A stretch of DNA of 63,618 bases, counting the filler, from Licmophora abbreviata (lineage: Eukaryota): NCBI GenBank assembly GCA_900291995.1. It is 5 parts of 5 records of this genome, joined end to end, with 100 filler letters (N's around TTAATTAATTAA, not from the genome) between each part and the next. Parts side by side here need not be neighbours in the genome. Positions count along the whole stretch, not along the records: positions 1 to 22,578 come from OLMU01003137.1; 4 more parts are not named here. One strand, given 5' to 3'. How positions within the stretch are numbered: position 1 is the first letter of the stretch; the number at the start of each line of letters is the position of its first letter. Positions 11,230-21,651 of this stretch are shown piece by piece. A program made the translations under genes and the position numbers. The notes beneath the pieces are model-generated. The model ran no database searches. It saw only the letters and a list, made by a program, of their open reading frames with translations, and had not been told where the DNA came from.

Positions 11230-12562
11230 TTACGACTGCTGACATTGCACTCCTTGAGCGCCTTCGTCGTCACTGTCGTACTCACTCCCCGATGCGACAG
11301 CTCCTCCTTTTCCAAAGTGCCTCAAATCAGCCGTGTCCATAAAGTGCTCCTCAACCTCCTGTGGATCATACTCCTCGTCCAGATCCGCCCCAGGCAAGAG
11401 CGCCTTGAGCTGTTCGGCGATAGTGGGATCAAGAGAGTCGGGAAATTGCACATGAAAGGCAATGTACAGATTGCCCTTAACAAAGGGGTTGCCATGACTT
11501 GGCATGCCCTCATCCTTGACCAGTTTGAGAAAAGGCAGCATCCGACCTTCTTCGCCCTTGGTTTCCGCATGTATAATCTCGCCCGGGCGAGTCTTGATGA
11601 CAATGTCGCGTCCATCCAAGTGCTTGATCTTCCACTGAAAGTAGGAGATAGTGAAAATGAGAATGCATGGAGTGAGAACGAATGCCAATCTAATGGTTCG
11701 CAAAACTCTTTCTTTCCCTTGCATTACTTACCGAAAAGCCACAGAGAGCTTGATTGAGACTCAACTCCTTGGTCAGCAACAAGTCGGCACCCTTGCGCTT
11801 GAAAAGATCATGCTCTTTTTCTTGGATAATGAAATTAATATCGCCCGGCTCCATCTTGGGCAGCTCATCTGCCTTGTTGCGAAAGGTAATCTTCTGATTC
11901 TGCTTCATGCCCTTCTCAATCAGTACCTCCAAAACTTCGCGTTCATTCTTGGTTTTGGCCTGGTTTCCCTGTCCTCCACAGGCATCACACGAACGCTGCA
12001 CTTGAGTAATCATACCCGGTCCAATTTGACGTACTTCCATGACAGCGCCCTGTCCACCACACTTGGTGCACTCGTTGACATCTCCAACGATCACTTTGCG
12101 ATTCACCGCCAGCTTGACCGTCTTGCCATTGTACAAGTCTTCCAACGAAACCTTGAGAGGGTGGTTGATACTCGGCCCCTTGCGCGGACCACTCCGTCCC
12201 GACCGCCTTGACGACCCCCCAAAGAACATACTGAACAAGTCCTCTCCTCCATGCGCCGACGGCCCCTCATCATCGACCCCCTCCAGACCGTACTTGTCGT
12301 ACTGCGCCCGCTTGTCGGCGTCACTCAGAATTTCGTAGGCGGCGTTGATTTCTTTGAACTTGTGCTCATCGCCGCCCTTGTCGGGGTGGTGCGTTCGAGA
12401 GAGTTTGCGATAGGCCTTTTTGATGGCCTTTTCGTCGGCGCCCTTTTCGATTTCGAGCGTTTCGTAGAGCTTGGTCGTGTCCACGTCCTGCTGCGGCGGG
12501 CCGCGCATACTTCCGCCGCCGCCGCCGTGGGCGAAGTGTTCAAACGGAATTCCACCAAACAT
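11230..12562 (-). CDS. DNAJA: Class A J-protein (DNAJA/Ydj1-like Hsp40), paralogue 1, 2 exons
   Basis: J domain [17 protein letters not shown]; CxxCxGxG twice; C-terminal CQQS; intron 11635-11731. Confidence 0.95.
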
Positions 12563-13144
12563 GATTCGAGGTTAGTCAGGAAGAAAGACTAGAGCGCTGC
12601 GGGTTACTGTAACGGCTTGAATGTTGTCAAGAGAGTCCAAGAGACAGCTTGCCGTTGTTGTAGCAGTCACCAAAGACGTAACAAATGAGGGAACTTTGCG
12701 CCATGGCGGTCCGTCGAAATCCATGGAAAAATCGGTGGTTTTGCAGAGAGATTCCATCATCTGTCATTCTTAATACTGTCGGCTACGTGCCATAAGGAAT
12801 CTTCCTGGAGCATCCTCTCCGTACAACCTGTACCAAAATGCCACGTATGTAGAAGTACGTACGTGGTAGCCATAGAGAGAGGTCGAACGAACTTTTGCGG
12901 GAAGGTCTGCCCTTCGCAACATGTTCAAATGTGGGGTGACGCAAAACACTCTCAACTCTTTTCCGAGCTCTGTCCGTCAGCCGGTTCTGATGATGTGGCG
13001 GGAAAACTGATGTTGTTTCGAAAGAAACATACGACGCAACCACAAAAGTGTCGACGATGGCCTGATGATGGGCTGAGTTTCCGTTGCGTGATCGATCCTG
13101 TTCTTCTACCGGTAGTGTGGTCTTGATTTCTTCGGTCAGCAACG

Positions 13145-16100
13145 ATGAAGAGGGGTCTGTGCTTTCTGGGTCTCCTTTCTTGTGCGTCAGCATTCGTCGT
13201 TGTCCCGTCGGCTCATACTGCCTCCAAACATCACAATACTCGACCAACATTGTCAGCAACAGCCGACTCGGATAGAGCTTTGTCGTCATCTTCAGCAGCC
13301 CGTGCTGGAGAGAGTGGATTTTCCGTATTGAGGCAGCCCGTTCAGTGGGACCCAGAAGAAGTTCCGACCTTTGAGGTTCCAACCTCTCTCCGTGATGATA
13401 GTCAGAGCTACCAGGGCATGCTCCAACAAGACGAGTCGTGGTGGAACCAAGATAAGATGCAAAAGAAACGGGGCAACCAAGATAGAAAGGACATGCCAGT
13501 AAAACTGGAGTCGAGTTATGGCAGTAAGGATGAGTCACAGCAAGATGCTACATCATTCGAGGGTGGTTCTGGTCTCGATTTGTTCCAAAGAACACTGGAT
13601 ACCCTCGACTATCCATTCGTTCTGGAAGCGCTGCGTGACTTTTGTACCACCGTACCAGCACGGAACCTTGTCGAGGAGGCATTGGCACTCCATAAAGATA
13701 CAGATAGCGACTCAACCTTGGCGAACGCTAAAATACCCAAGGACCATCGCGATGCCTACCGTCCACTCACCGCCGGCAGCTACGAGGGCATCCAGGAGCG
13801 CTACGCAGCGGTGCGAGAAATGCAGCTCTTGATGGACGATACAAATGTTGATGCGGTGCTGCAGGGTGCTACTTACAAAAACCGACTGAACTACACAGTA
13901 TCACTCGGGCCGCCGCCATTGCAGGGATTGTCGTTTCCTCTCGTACAACTGCTCGAGTTTGCGGAAACTAGGTCTGCCGTGTTGGAAGGGCCTGAGCTGC
14001 TGGAGATTGCGGGTATGCTGGACACTATGGAAGACGTCTCGTTTTGGTCGAAGCGTGGGCTAGAACTACTCAGTGCTGATTTGGAATTCGTGGAACTGCC
14101 CAAGCTGGCTTCTCAGATTCGCGTTAATGCGACGTTGCAACAGCTCTTGCGCACAGCGTTTGACGAACAAGGGAAATTGAACGGAAAAACGTTTCCTACA
14201 TTAGGCACACTGCGAGCCAAGGTGCGAACCTATCAGACTGACATTCTTGAAACTGTCCAGACACTCTTGACCACGCCGTCCATCTCCAAGAAGCTGGCAT
14301 TAGAGAGCGGTGGACCGAAGTATGCCGAGGTCAATGGGCGTCTCGTCATTCCTCTGGATCAGAAGTTCGCTTCCAGTAACCTCGGTATAATTCATGATGC
14401 GTCACGCTCGGGCAAGACAATTTACGTGGAGCCGACGGAAATTGTCGGTCCCACGAACGAACTTCGGCAGATGGAAGCCGAACTTAGAGCCGAGGAAGCA
14501 CGCATCTGGAGGTTGCTGACGAACGCCGTCTTGGAGAACCGAGTCGCTCTGGAAACATCTGTAATGGCGGCAGGGCAGCTGGACCTAGTGATGGCACGCG
14601 TACTTCTCGGGCGCAAACTGGAGGGGGTTATTCCGGTAGTAGGACAAGACGGTATCATTTCGCTGCGAGACGCCAAGCATCCGGTACTACTGTTGCGAGA
14701 GTTGGACAATGTCGTGGGAAGTGACATCGATCTAGGAGCGAACGGAAATCAAGGCATGGTCCTTACGGGACCCAACTCGGGAGGTAAGACAGTGATTCTC
14801 AAATTATTGGGACTCGTGGCACTCATGGCACGGAATGGTATTCCGGTGCCAGCGCAAGGGTCATCAAGAGAATATACTCCACGGGTTGACTTCTTTTCGC
14901 CTGTCCTTGCTGACATTGGCGACTTGCAGAGTGTCGGAGGGGACTTGTCGACCTTTTCAGGCCACATGTTGGTGTGTCGAGAAGTGCTTGCCAATAGCGG
15001 CAATAGCGCTCTAGTACTGATGGACGAGCTTGGCAGTGGGACGGACCCTCGACAGGGAGTTGCCATTGCCCAGGCACTACTCGAGGCGTTGCTGGATACC
15101 GGGGCGCGTGTCGCAATCACGACCCACTACTTGGAACTCAAACAGCTGGCTTCGTCGGATAGTCGTTTTTCTGTTGGCGGAATGCAGTTTGTGAGTGGAC
15201 AGCCCACGTACAAGCTGCTCCCTGGGACGGTGGGAGAGTCCTTCGCCTTGGCTGTAGCCAAACGGTTGGAACTGCCTCCGTCTGTACTGTCTCGCGCGGA
15301 CGAGCTGTTGGACCAAGAGACGCGACAAATGGGAGACTTGCTCCGTGATTTAGAAGATCAAAAGGCGCTCGTGGACCAGCAAGTCCAGGAACTTGCGCAA
15401 AAGCGCCGAGAAATGGACGATCTGGAAGAGCAAATGAAGAAAGATAGCGCGAGACTCGAACAAAAGCAACTTGGTGCGCGTCGGGACGAAGCTCAAAAGT
15501 TTGCCAAGATGCTCGAAGACAAGGAGCGAGTTTTAGAGGGGGTCCTGGATAAGCTCAAGTCTGATCCCTCTCGAAAGGTCGTAGCCAAGAGCTGGGACGA
15601 CATTCGCTTTGTAAAACGAGATGCTCTCAACGAAGCAGAGAATATCCCAAGTGTGGTGGCCAGCAGAAAGAGAAACCAAGAAGCGGTTGAGCAGACATAC
15701 CGCGAGCTCGTGCCACTCGCCGAAATGCGGGAGAAGCCAGAATTGCAGGTTGGGGACAAACTCATGGTCTGCAAGAAGGGTGCACTCTTTGCAAAAGAGG
15801 CCGAGATACTACGTCTCGGCAATCGTCTACAAGTGCAAGTTTCGGGTATGGTCGTTCAATTGAAATTGAGCGAAGTTGCATTGCCCAACGCCAACGTTCA
15901 AGTACAAGATCGAAGGAAAACGGGGCAGCAGAGCGGTCCTAGAAATCGTGCCAAGGCAGCCGCCAAGGCGATCCAAGCGGAGCAGCAATCGAGAAGTACT
16001 GTTCCTCCTCCTTCTTCTTCTCCACAGAGCAATAGCGCTTCGTTGACAATACGAACTGATTCCAACACGATCGATGTTCGGGGCTGCAACTTGGAAGAAG

Positions 16101-16306
16101 CCAGGAGCAAGTGTCAAGGCAAGTTTAGCTCGTGCTTGATGAGTGGAAGATCAACCGTATACGTGTTGCACGGTCATGGATCGGCGGGTATTCTCAAGCG
16201 CAAGATTCGCGATTGGCTCAAGTCGGAACGGACAGTCGTCAAGCGATCGAGTCCCGCCGATGCTGCCGATGGAGGGGATGCTTTCACAAAAGTAGAATTG
16301 CGTTAG
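13145..16306 (+). CDS. mutS2: Plastid-targeted MutS2 (ATPase, coiled coil, KOW-like, Smr domain)
   Basis: Signal plus CASA-FVV; TGPNSGGKT, ADIGDLQS, LSTFSGHM, LMDELGSGTDP, TTHY; Smr TIDVRG...VLHGHGSAGILK. Confidence 0.95.
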   Translation: MKRGLCFLGLLSCASAFVVVPSAHTASKHHNTRPTLSATADSDRALSSSSAARAGESGFSVLRQPVQWDPEEVPTFEVPTSLRDDSQSYQGMLQQDESWWNQDKMQKKRGNQDRKDMPVKLESSYGSKDESQQDATSFEGGSGLDLFQRTLDTLDYPFVLEALRDFCTTVPARNLVEEALALHKDTDSDSTLANAKIPKDHRDAYRPLTAGSYEGIQERYAAVREMQLLMDDTNVDAVLQGATYKNRLNYTVSLGPPPLQGLSFPLVQLLEFAETRSAVLEGPELLEIAGMLDTMEDVSFWSKRGLELLSADLEFVELPKLASQIRVNATLQQLLRTAFDEQGKLNGKTFPTLGTLRAKVRTYQTDILETVQTLLTTPSISKKLALESGGPKYAEVNGRLVIPLDQKFASSNLGIIHDASRSGKTIYVEPTEIVGPTNELRQMEAELRAEEARIWRLLTNAVLENRVALETSVMAAGQLDLVMARVLLGRKLEGVIPVVGQDGIISLRDAKHPVLLLRELDNVVGSDIDLGANGNQGMVLTGPNSGGKTVILKLLGLVALMARNGIPVPAQGSSREYTPRVDFFSPVLADIGDLQSVGGDLSTFSGHMLVCREVLANSGNSALVLMDELGSGTDPRQGVAIAQALLEALLDTGARVAITTHYLELKQLASSDSRFSVGGMQFVSGQPTYKLLPGTVGESFALAVAKRLELPPSVLSRADELLDQETRQMGDLLRDLEDQKALVDQQVQELAQKRREMDDLEEQMKKDSARLEQKQLGARRDEAQKFAKMLEDKERVLEGVLDKLKSDPSRKVVAKSWDDIRFVKRDALNEAENIPSVVASRKRNQEAVEQTYRELVPLAEMREKPELQVGDKLMVCKKGALFAKEAEILRLGNRLQVQVSGMVVQLKLSEVALPNANVQVQDRRKTGQQSGPRNRAKAAAKAIQAEQQSRSTVPPPSSSPQSNSASLTIRTDSNTIDVRGCNLEEARSKCQGKFSSCLMSGRSTVYVLHGHGSAGILKRKIRDWLKSERTVVKRSSPADAADGGDAFTKVELR

Positions 16307-16504
16307 CCTAAAGTCTCTATTGTAGAATCATTGTTTTGGAATGCGTTTTCGGTGGAGGATGACGAGTGATGGCGCGAAAGTACGTTCGAACCAAAACCCT
16401 TGTTCGAATTGCGCGGTCCGTGCTTGGCGCGTTCGTGTTGTGGCGTCGGCTTGGACGCGACGAAACCGTGAGAGTGTTGCACTCCAGTTAACTTTCGAGA
16501 AACC

Positions 16505-18034
16505 ATGTCTACGGCCGCGACGACGACAACAACAACGACAGAGCGGATCGAAACTTCCGACATTCCTGACTTTGCTTCCCTAGGAGGCGTGTTGAGAGAT
16601 CTAGACGACGGCCACACGCCAGAAACCCATGGTTCGAATGGTCAGTGGGTCGACTACTCGCACGTTTACTGCGACGACGACGAACACCTGTCCGGCGTCG
16701 TACACGTCTTGGATGGCGCATTTCCAAAGTCACTGGTGGATGCCTTGTACGAAACAACAGTACAAGAAGACCATCCACCATGGGGTACCTATGTGACGTT
16801 GGATGAAGTGTCACAGTATCGACAACGCCGAACGCAAGAGACGAATGATCCGGAGGAGGCTTCGCCGCCAGAAGTAGTAGGCGTCAACAGTAGTGATGCT
16901 CACCCGTTGGTGAGACATCAGCACTCGCTATCGATTCAAGCAGTGTCTCACTTCTTGGAGCTCATGTCGGACGAAACGATGCAGCGCTTCAAAGGGGTCA
17001 ACAAGGAAACGACGTGCTGCCACCGTATACCACCGCCAACGCCGGCAGTGTCGTCATTGGAGGGCAATGACGGTTCGACTGCTGCCATAACAAACACGGA
17101 AACCTCATCTCTCTCATACCTTTCAAGGCTACTAGAAGACAATGTCGTTCATGGCGTTGCTGTATGGGCATTGGCGTCTTCGGCGGGTGCACAAGTCCCC
17201 TATCACGTTGACTATGCCGAGTACATACGATATCGCTACAACGTTTTGGTGCCCCCCTTGTACGCTGGCACACTACAGTGTAGCAACCATGTGAGCTGTG
17301 GCGGGGAGTTTGCAGTGCAACGACAAGGATGGAAGCATTACGAAACATATGGATACAAAGGCTGTAAGCAGGGGCAGCAATCGGATGACATGATGGGAGG
17401 ATGGAAGAGACCACTCCACACGAAATCCAATGACGACGCGCCACACTGGGATGAGCAAACGGATTGGGTCACCGTGCCATACGTGCACAATCGCTGCATT
17501 GGACATGTCGGTACATTGCCCCATGTCAGCGCCCCGTTCCAGCTCACGAGTAGTGACAAGCGACGGGTCATTGTTGGATTCAACGTCTTTGGGCATGATG
17601 TGGGGAGCCATGTACAGCAAGTTCCCGAACACTCGTTGGAGTTTCGACAACGGGTCAAAGCGCAGCGTTCGAGACAGCGACGGATGTCGTTGGAGACGAT
17701 TCGCAGCAATCCAAAGCTCACCAGGTTGCTGGTACTAGCCAAGCGCGAACAGATCAAGCGCGACTTTCACGTTGCTCGAGACATGCTGGATCGAGATATA
17801 GAACGTGTACTACTGCTGGCAAAGCATGAATCTATTAATAGGGAGAATAAGGGCATCAGTGTCGAAAAGCTCATGGAGAGATTTGGACGCACCGACGGCT
17901 CTTGGCCAGGTCCGCAAGATATCGAGGTACACCTTCAACGTCGATACCGAGACGGTAGTATCGGGGTGCATTCCACGAATCCAACAAGCCACTTGGCAGT
18001 CTATGATGTGGTCTATATCGAAGCAAGTCGTTAA
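16505..18034 (+). CDS. Putative 2OG-Fe(II) dioxygenase-like protein
   Basis: 509-aa ORF; HxD in VPYHVDY, GGEF strand, distal His in LPHVSAP, RRVIVGFN. Confidence 0.6.
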   Translation: MSTAATTTTTTTERIETSDIPDFASLGGVLRDLDDGHTPETHGSNGQWVDYSHVYCDDDEHLSGVVHVLDGAFPKSLVDALYETTVQEDHPPWGTYVTLDEVSQYRQRRTQETNDPEEASPPEVVGVNSSDAHPLVRHQHSLSIQAVSHFLELMSDETMQRFKGVNKETTCCHRIPPPTPAVSSLEGNDGSTAAITNTETSSLSYLSRLLEDNVVHGVAVWALASSAGAQVPYHVDYAEYIRYRYNVLVPPLYAGTLQCSNHVSCGGEFAVQRQGWKHYETYGYKGCKQGQQSDDMMGGWKRPLHTKSNDDAPHWDEQTDWVTVPYVHNRCIGHVGTLPHVSAPFQLTSSDKRRVIVGFNVFGHDVGSHVQQVPEHSLEFRQRVKAQRSRQRRMSLETIRSNPKLTRLLVLAKREQIKRDFHVARDMLDRDIERVLLLAKHESINRENKGISVEKLMERFGRTDGSWPGPQDIEVHLQRRYRDGSIGVHSTNPTSHLAVYDVVYIEASR

Positions 18035-18063
18035 CATAACTACAACTATTGCTTGGCTTATAC

Positions 18064-19551
18064 TTAGGATCGGAACACGTTGACACTAAACTGCGCAAAC
18101 GGATCGTCACCGCCTCCACTGCCAGTGCTCACAGTTTGCGCCTGATGCTGCGTCGCTGTCGTCGTTGAGTAGCCGCCACCGTTCGCCGTCGTCATCATGG
18201 GGCGACCCTGATGCTGACCTCCAATCGTAGGCCCACTGCCCATGGGCGCATCCGGAAAGCCAAAGCCTTCCGACGGCTGTTGCTGCTGCATCATGTTCAT
18301 CATCATCATGTTGGGCTGCTGCTGCTGCATGGCTGCCATATTCATCGTGTTTGCCTGTTGCGGTTGTTGTGGCGACATCATGCCAGGCTGCTGCTTTTGC
18401 ATGCCCGAAAACAGCATATTCTGCTGCTGCTGGCTGTTCATCATCATCATTTGCGGGTTATTGTTCATCATCATCATCATATTGGGTTGTTGCTGCTGCT
18501 GCTGCTGCATCATTTGGGGCTGAGTCATATTGGGCGTGTTCATCATGGTGCTACCATTCGTAGGCATGTTCATCATGGCGCTGCCGCCCATCATTGCGTT
18601 GTTTCCAGTCGGCATGCCACCCCCCATAGCCATCATTCCTGCTGGTTGCTGGTGCTGCTGTTGAGGAGCGCCCGTGTTGAACATGGCCAAGATTTGGTCA
18701 TTCGTTGACTGTGCGGGCTTGGCCGGGGTCGGTGCCGGGGTGGGCGGCGGACCGCCATTCACGCTCATGTCCGCAAACATGTCTAGCGCAGCAGCCGGGA
18801 CTGGTGCCGATATAACCGCTGCGGGTGCCTCGTTAAAGGCTCCAAAGTCGAGAAGATCCACCGGTGCTGCCGCGGGCGGTGCCGCACGAGGAGGTGGCGC
18901 CGACGCATCCGCGCCGCCTCCCATGCGCGACTGTCGACTCTGAATTCTCCGCTGCGCCGCTTCCGACGGCGGACGAGGCGCCGACACCTGTCGACGACGA
19001 CGCGCCGGGGCAGTCTCTTCTTCGGAGGAGGAGCTTTCTTCCTCCTGGTCCGGATAGCCCTGCAAGACGGATGCATCGTAAAACTTGCGACGTTCGTACT
19101 TGTCGCGGATGAATCGTTCGCGCGTGGAACCGTCGGCGCCGACCGAGGGCTTCCGAGCTGTCAAGCGGGCCTCGAAAATGGCATTGACCTTCTTGTTTCC
19201 GCCATTTTCCATGGCCAAAACCTCCCTCTCCTTCCCTGCGGTGGGAGAAAGCCAATGAAAACGTAAGTCTTTGCTTCGTCGCGAGATCGAACGCACTATC
19301 GATGCTTCGTACTTACAAGAGTCCAAATTGACACTGCGGACAAAACTAATGTGCACTCCCAGACGTCGGTGCGATCCTGAACACTCCAAACAGCAAAAGG
19401 CCCCAATCGGCAGCGAGCCAGGCGCGCTTCCCGGAGGGGGGACAATCAAGGACGCCCACGTGGGCTTGCGTTCCGGGCAGTCCGAACAGACCTGATTCTC
19501 CGGCCTGTTCATCAAGGCCTTGAGCCTCTTTTTAAAGTGGGCCTGAGACAT
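18064..19551 (-). CDS. ArfGAP (SMAP-like) with clathrin-box-like DLLDF and Gln/Met-rich tail, 2 exons
   Basis: ENQVCSDC...[31 protein letters not shown]; intron 19236-19316 restores the conserved W. Confidence 0.92.
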   Translation of the reverse strand: MSQAHFKKRLKALMNRPENQVCSDCPERKPTWASLIVPPPGSAPGSLPIGAFCCLECSGSHRRLGVHISFVRSVNLDSCKYEASIVRSISRRSKDLRFHWLSPTAGKEREVLAMENGGNKKVNAIFEARLTARKPSVGADGSTRERFIRDKYERRKFYDASVLQGYPDQEEESSSSEEETAPARRRRQVSAPRPPSEAAQRRIQSRQSRMGGGADASAPPPRAAPPAAAPVDLLDFGAFNEAPAAVISAPVPAAALDMFADMSVNGGPPPTPAPTPAKPAQSTNDQILAMFNTGAPQQQHQQPAGMMAMGGGMPTGNNAMMGGSAMMNMPTNGSTMMNTPNMTQPQMMQQQQQQQPNMMMMMNNNPQMMMMNSQQQQNMLFSGMQKQQPGMMSPQQPQQANTMNMAAMQQQQPNMMMMNMMQQQQPSEGFGFPDAPMGSGPTIGGQHQGRPMMTTANGGGYSTTTATQHQAQTVSTGSGGGDDPFAQFSVNVFRS

Positions 19552-20355
19552 GGTGGAGTGAGATACCGCAGAAAGCGATAACGAGTTCTATACTCTTGGT
19601 ACCTGGTCACAGTGCGCAGACAGACGCCGCGAAAAATTCAATGACCGACGGGTCTTGCAAGACTGCAAGAGACGTGTCGACGAAAAATGCGACAATCAAA
19701 GCCAGAATTGGCTACTCCAATGAGATACACAAACGAGACAGACTACGAAGACGTGTCAAGCGCCTTTGTTCTTGTCAAGTGGCGTAAACTTGGATCACAG
19801 CAAGCGCCAAAGGGCTTGTTGCGCCCACGTTTTTAGTGTGAACGAAAGTGTGACGAAACGACCATGTGTGTGCCTACGTAGAGTTTGGTACTCACTTCTA
19901 CTATACGACTACGTAGATCTCGTAGCGTTTAGGAGCTGGTCCATGTCCGGGTTCTAATTCCGGAATCGTACATATCTACTCGTAGAGGTCTAGCGTTGCC
20001 GGTTGGAGGGATGAGCCGCAGGCTTTGACGTTGCTCGTTCCTCTGCAGCATCGCCTTGCTGACATGTATCAGCTACTCACTCAAGTGTGGACAAGCCCCT
20101 GGTTGGTGTGCAAACAGGTCAACAAGGCCGATAGGTCGAAGCTAGACCACGTCTTTTTCATACAGAAAGTGCTGTGAGTGTTCTACTTTGCAATGTTACC
20201 AGATTTTTTCTCTTGATCGCTTGCACTTTGATATATATTCCGAGTAGACAGATGATTTCCATTCTCTCCCCTTCCTAGCAAGAAGTCATGCCAGCTCTGG
20301 TGATTGGATATCGTCGTGGAAAGCGAGACTTCGCCAAAACAAATATTCCGATCAG

Positions 20356-20958
20356 CTATTCCTTTTCACCGCCCTCTTCTTCTGGTTCTTTTCCAATCAA
20401 CTTGGCCACAAGAGGAGTTAAAATGACAGTCGGGGGGAATCGAATCGGACTTGCCGCTTTGTGGGCAGCATATGCAATGGCAAACGTCCCCGCATTTTCC
20501 GCTGCTGCATTCTGTTCAATTCCCAATTTGCTCAGTAAACTACTCACGTCCACTCCACTACTCACGAGTGCATAGCAGATACCGAAGCTCACCAGTGCCA
20601 ATGGAATACTAGTAGCCAAGTAGGCAATACCGTACTTTTTCAACAGCGACTTGGCCGATTCACCACCGTCCTCTTGTCGGAGGGACTGGAACAACCCGGC
20701 CTCCAGGCCGTACTTTTCAGTCGTCTCTTCCACTTTTCCATCAACAGTAGACGGCCCATCGTCTGTCGTAGAGGCTTCCGTGTTATCTTTGATGAGAACT
20801 GACAAGGCAGTCGGGGTCAGCAAGGAGGGCTTCAAGGAGCGAATCTTGCTCATGCGGAGGGTGGGCGGTGGTGACTGCTGCCATGCCGCCACGTGGGAAC
20901 CCAGGGATGTGTAGGCGGCCACCACAGCCAACGAATTCAAAAGAGCTGACCTCATCAT
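20356..20958 (-). CDS. Plastid-targeted DUF1279 (FAM210-like) membrane protein
   Basis: LLKKYGIAYL...SGVDV...AGTFAIAYAAHKAASPIRFP; signal plus VAA-W cleavage. Confidence 0.8.
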   Translation of the reverse strand: MMRSALLNSLAVVAAYTSLGSHVAAWQQSPPPTLRMSKIRSLKPSLLTPTALSVLIKDNTEASTTDDGPSTVDGKVEETTEKYGLEAGLFQSLRQEDGGESAKSLLKKYGIAYLATSIPLALVSFGICYALVSSGVDVSSLLSKLGIEQNAAAENAGTFAIAYAAHKAASPIRFPPTVILTPLVAKLIGKEPEEEGGEKE

Positions 20959-21651
20959 GTACTCGCACACCACCAATAGCGTTAAGAGGACAAAACAAGC
21001 AAGAAAGAGGGCCAGAACCGTGTGATGCGGTCGAAACAAAGAAGGAAGAGATAACGCGGAGAATGGGAATGCCGCAGGTTGAAGTGAGGGAACTTTGATG
21101 GATTGGTGTGTCAAAGCAAAAGTTTCATTCGCGCAGATTGATCATCCCACGCGCTTGCCTTGACGTGTCTAATAAGTTCCACGTGTCGCTATCCACGACA
21201 CCTAAACAGCACCGGTCGGTACCAGCGCTAAGCGGCCATGACGAAGCAGGGTCTATCATGCTACTTCATGATACTATCCCTGGTACTACCGGTGTGCACA
21301 ACTGCTGCTCTGATGCTTTCTGGCTCCTACTGGTTGTACTCAGGTTAAGTTTCATTCTATGCCTTACAGTTTCTAGAGGATCTCGGAAGCATCTTGAGTG
21401 TGAGAACACCGTACCTCGTAATGTACCTCGATCCAATTCGCAGAGACAGCGTAAGGCCAAAGGTAGTGCAAGAAAAGTTTTATTGGTCAATGTAGGCTTG
21501 TTCGTGCAGGAAGTGCTACGCACTCAATGTGAACAAAAAAAGGCCGAGGTATGGGTTCGGTCCGGTGCACAGTGAGCACACCAAGTTGCACTTGCTTCCA
21601 CAGGCAGGATGGACTGGTTGGTTTCAGCCCGTAATGCAGTCACACAGATCC

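Noticed and set aside
18211..18708. Cys/His-rich ORFs that resemble metallothionein
   Set aside because: Antisense shadows of the Gln/Met codon repeats in the ArfGAP tail
19980..20160. Possible structured or Pol III RNA ending in a T run
   Set aside because: No SRP, snRNA or snoRNA consensus motifs could be matched
21530..21650. Possible SECIS or riboswitch in a 3' UTR
   Set aside because: Core pairing does not fit a SECIS or TPP aptamer, and there is no in-frame TGA in the visible CDS
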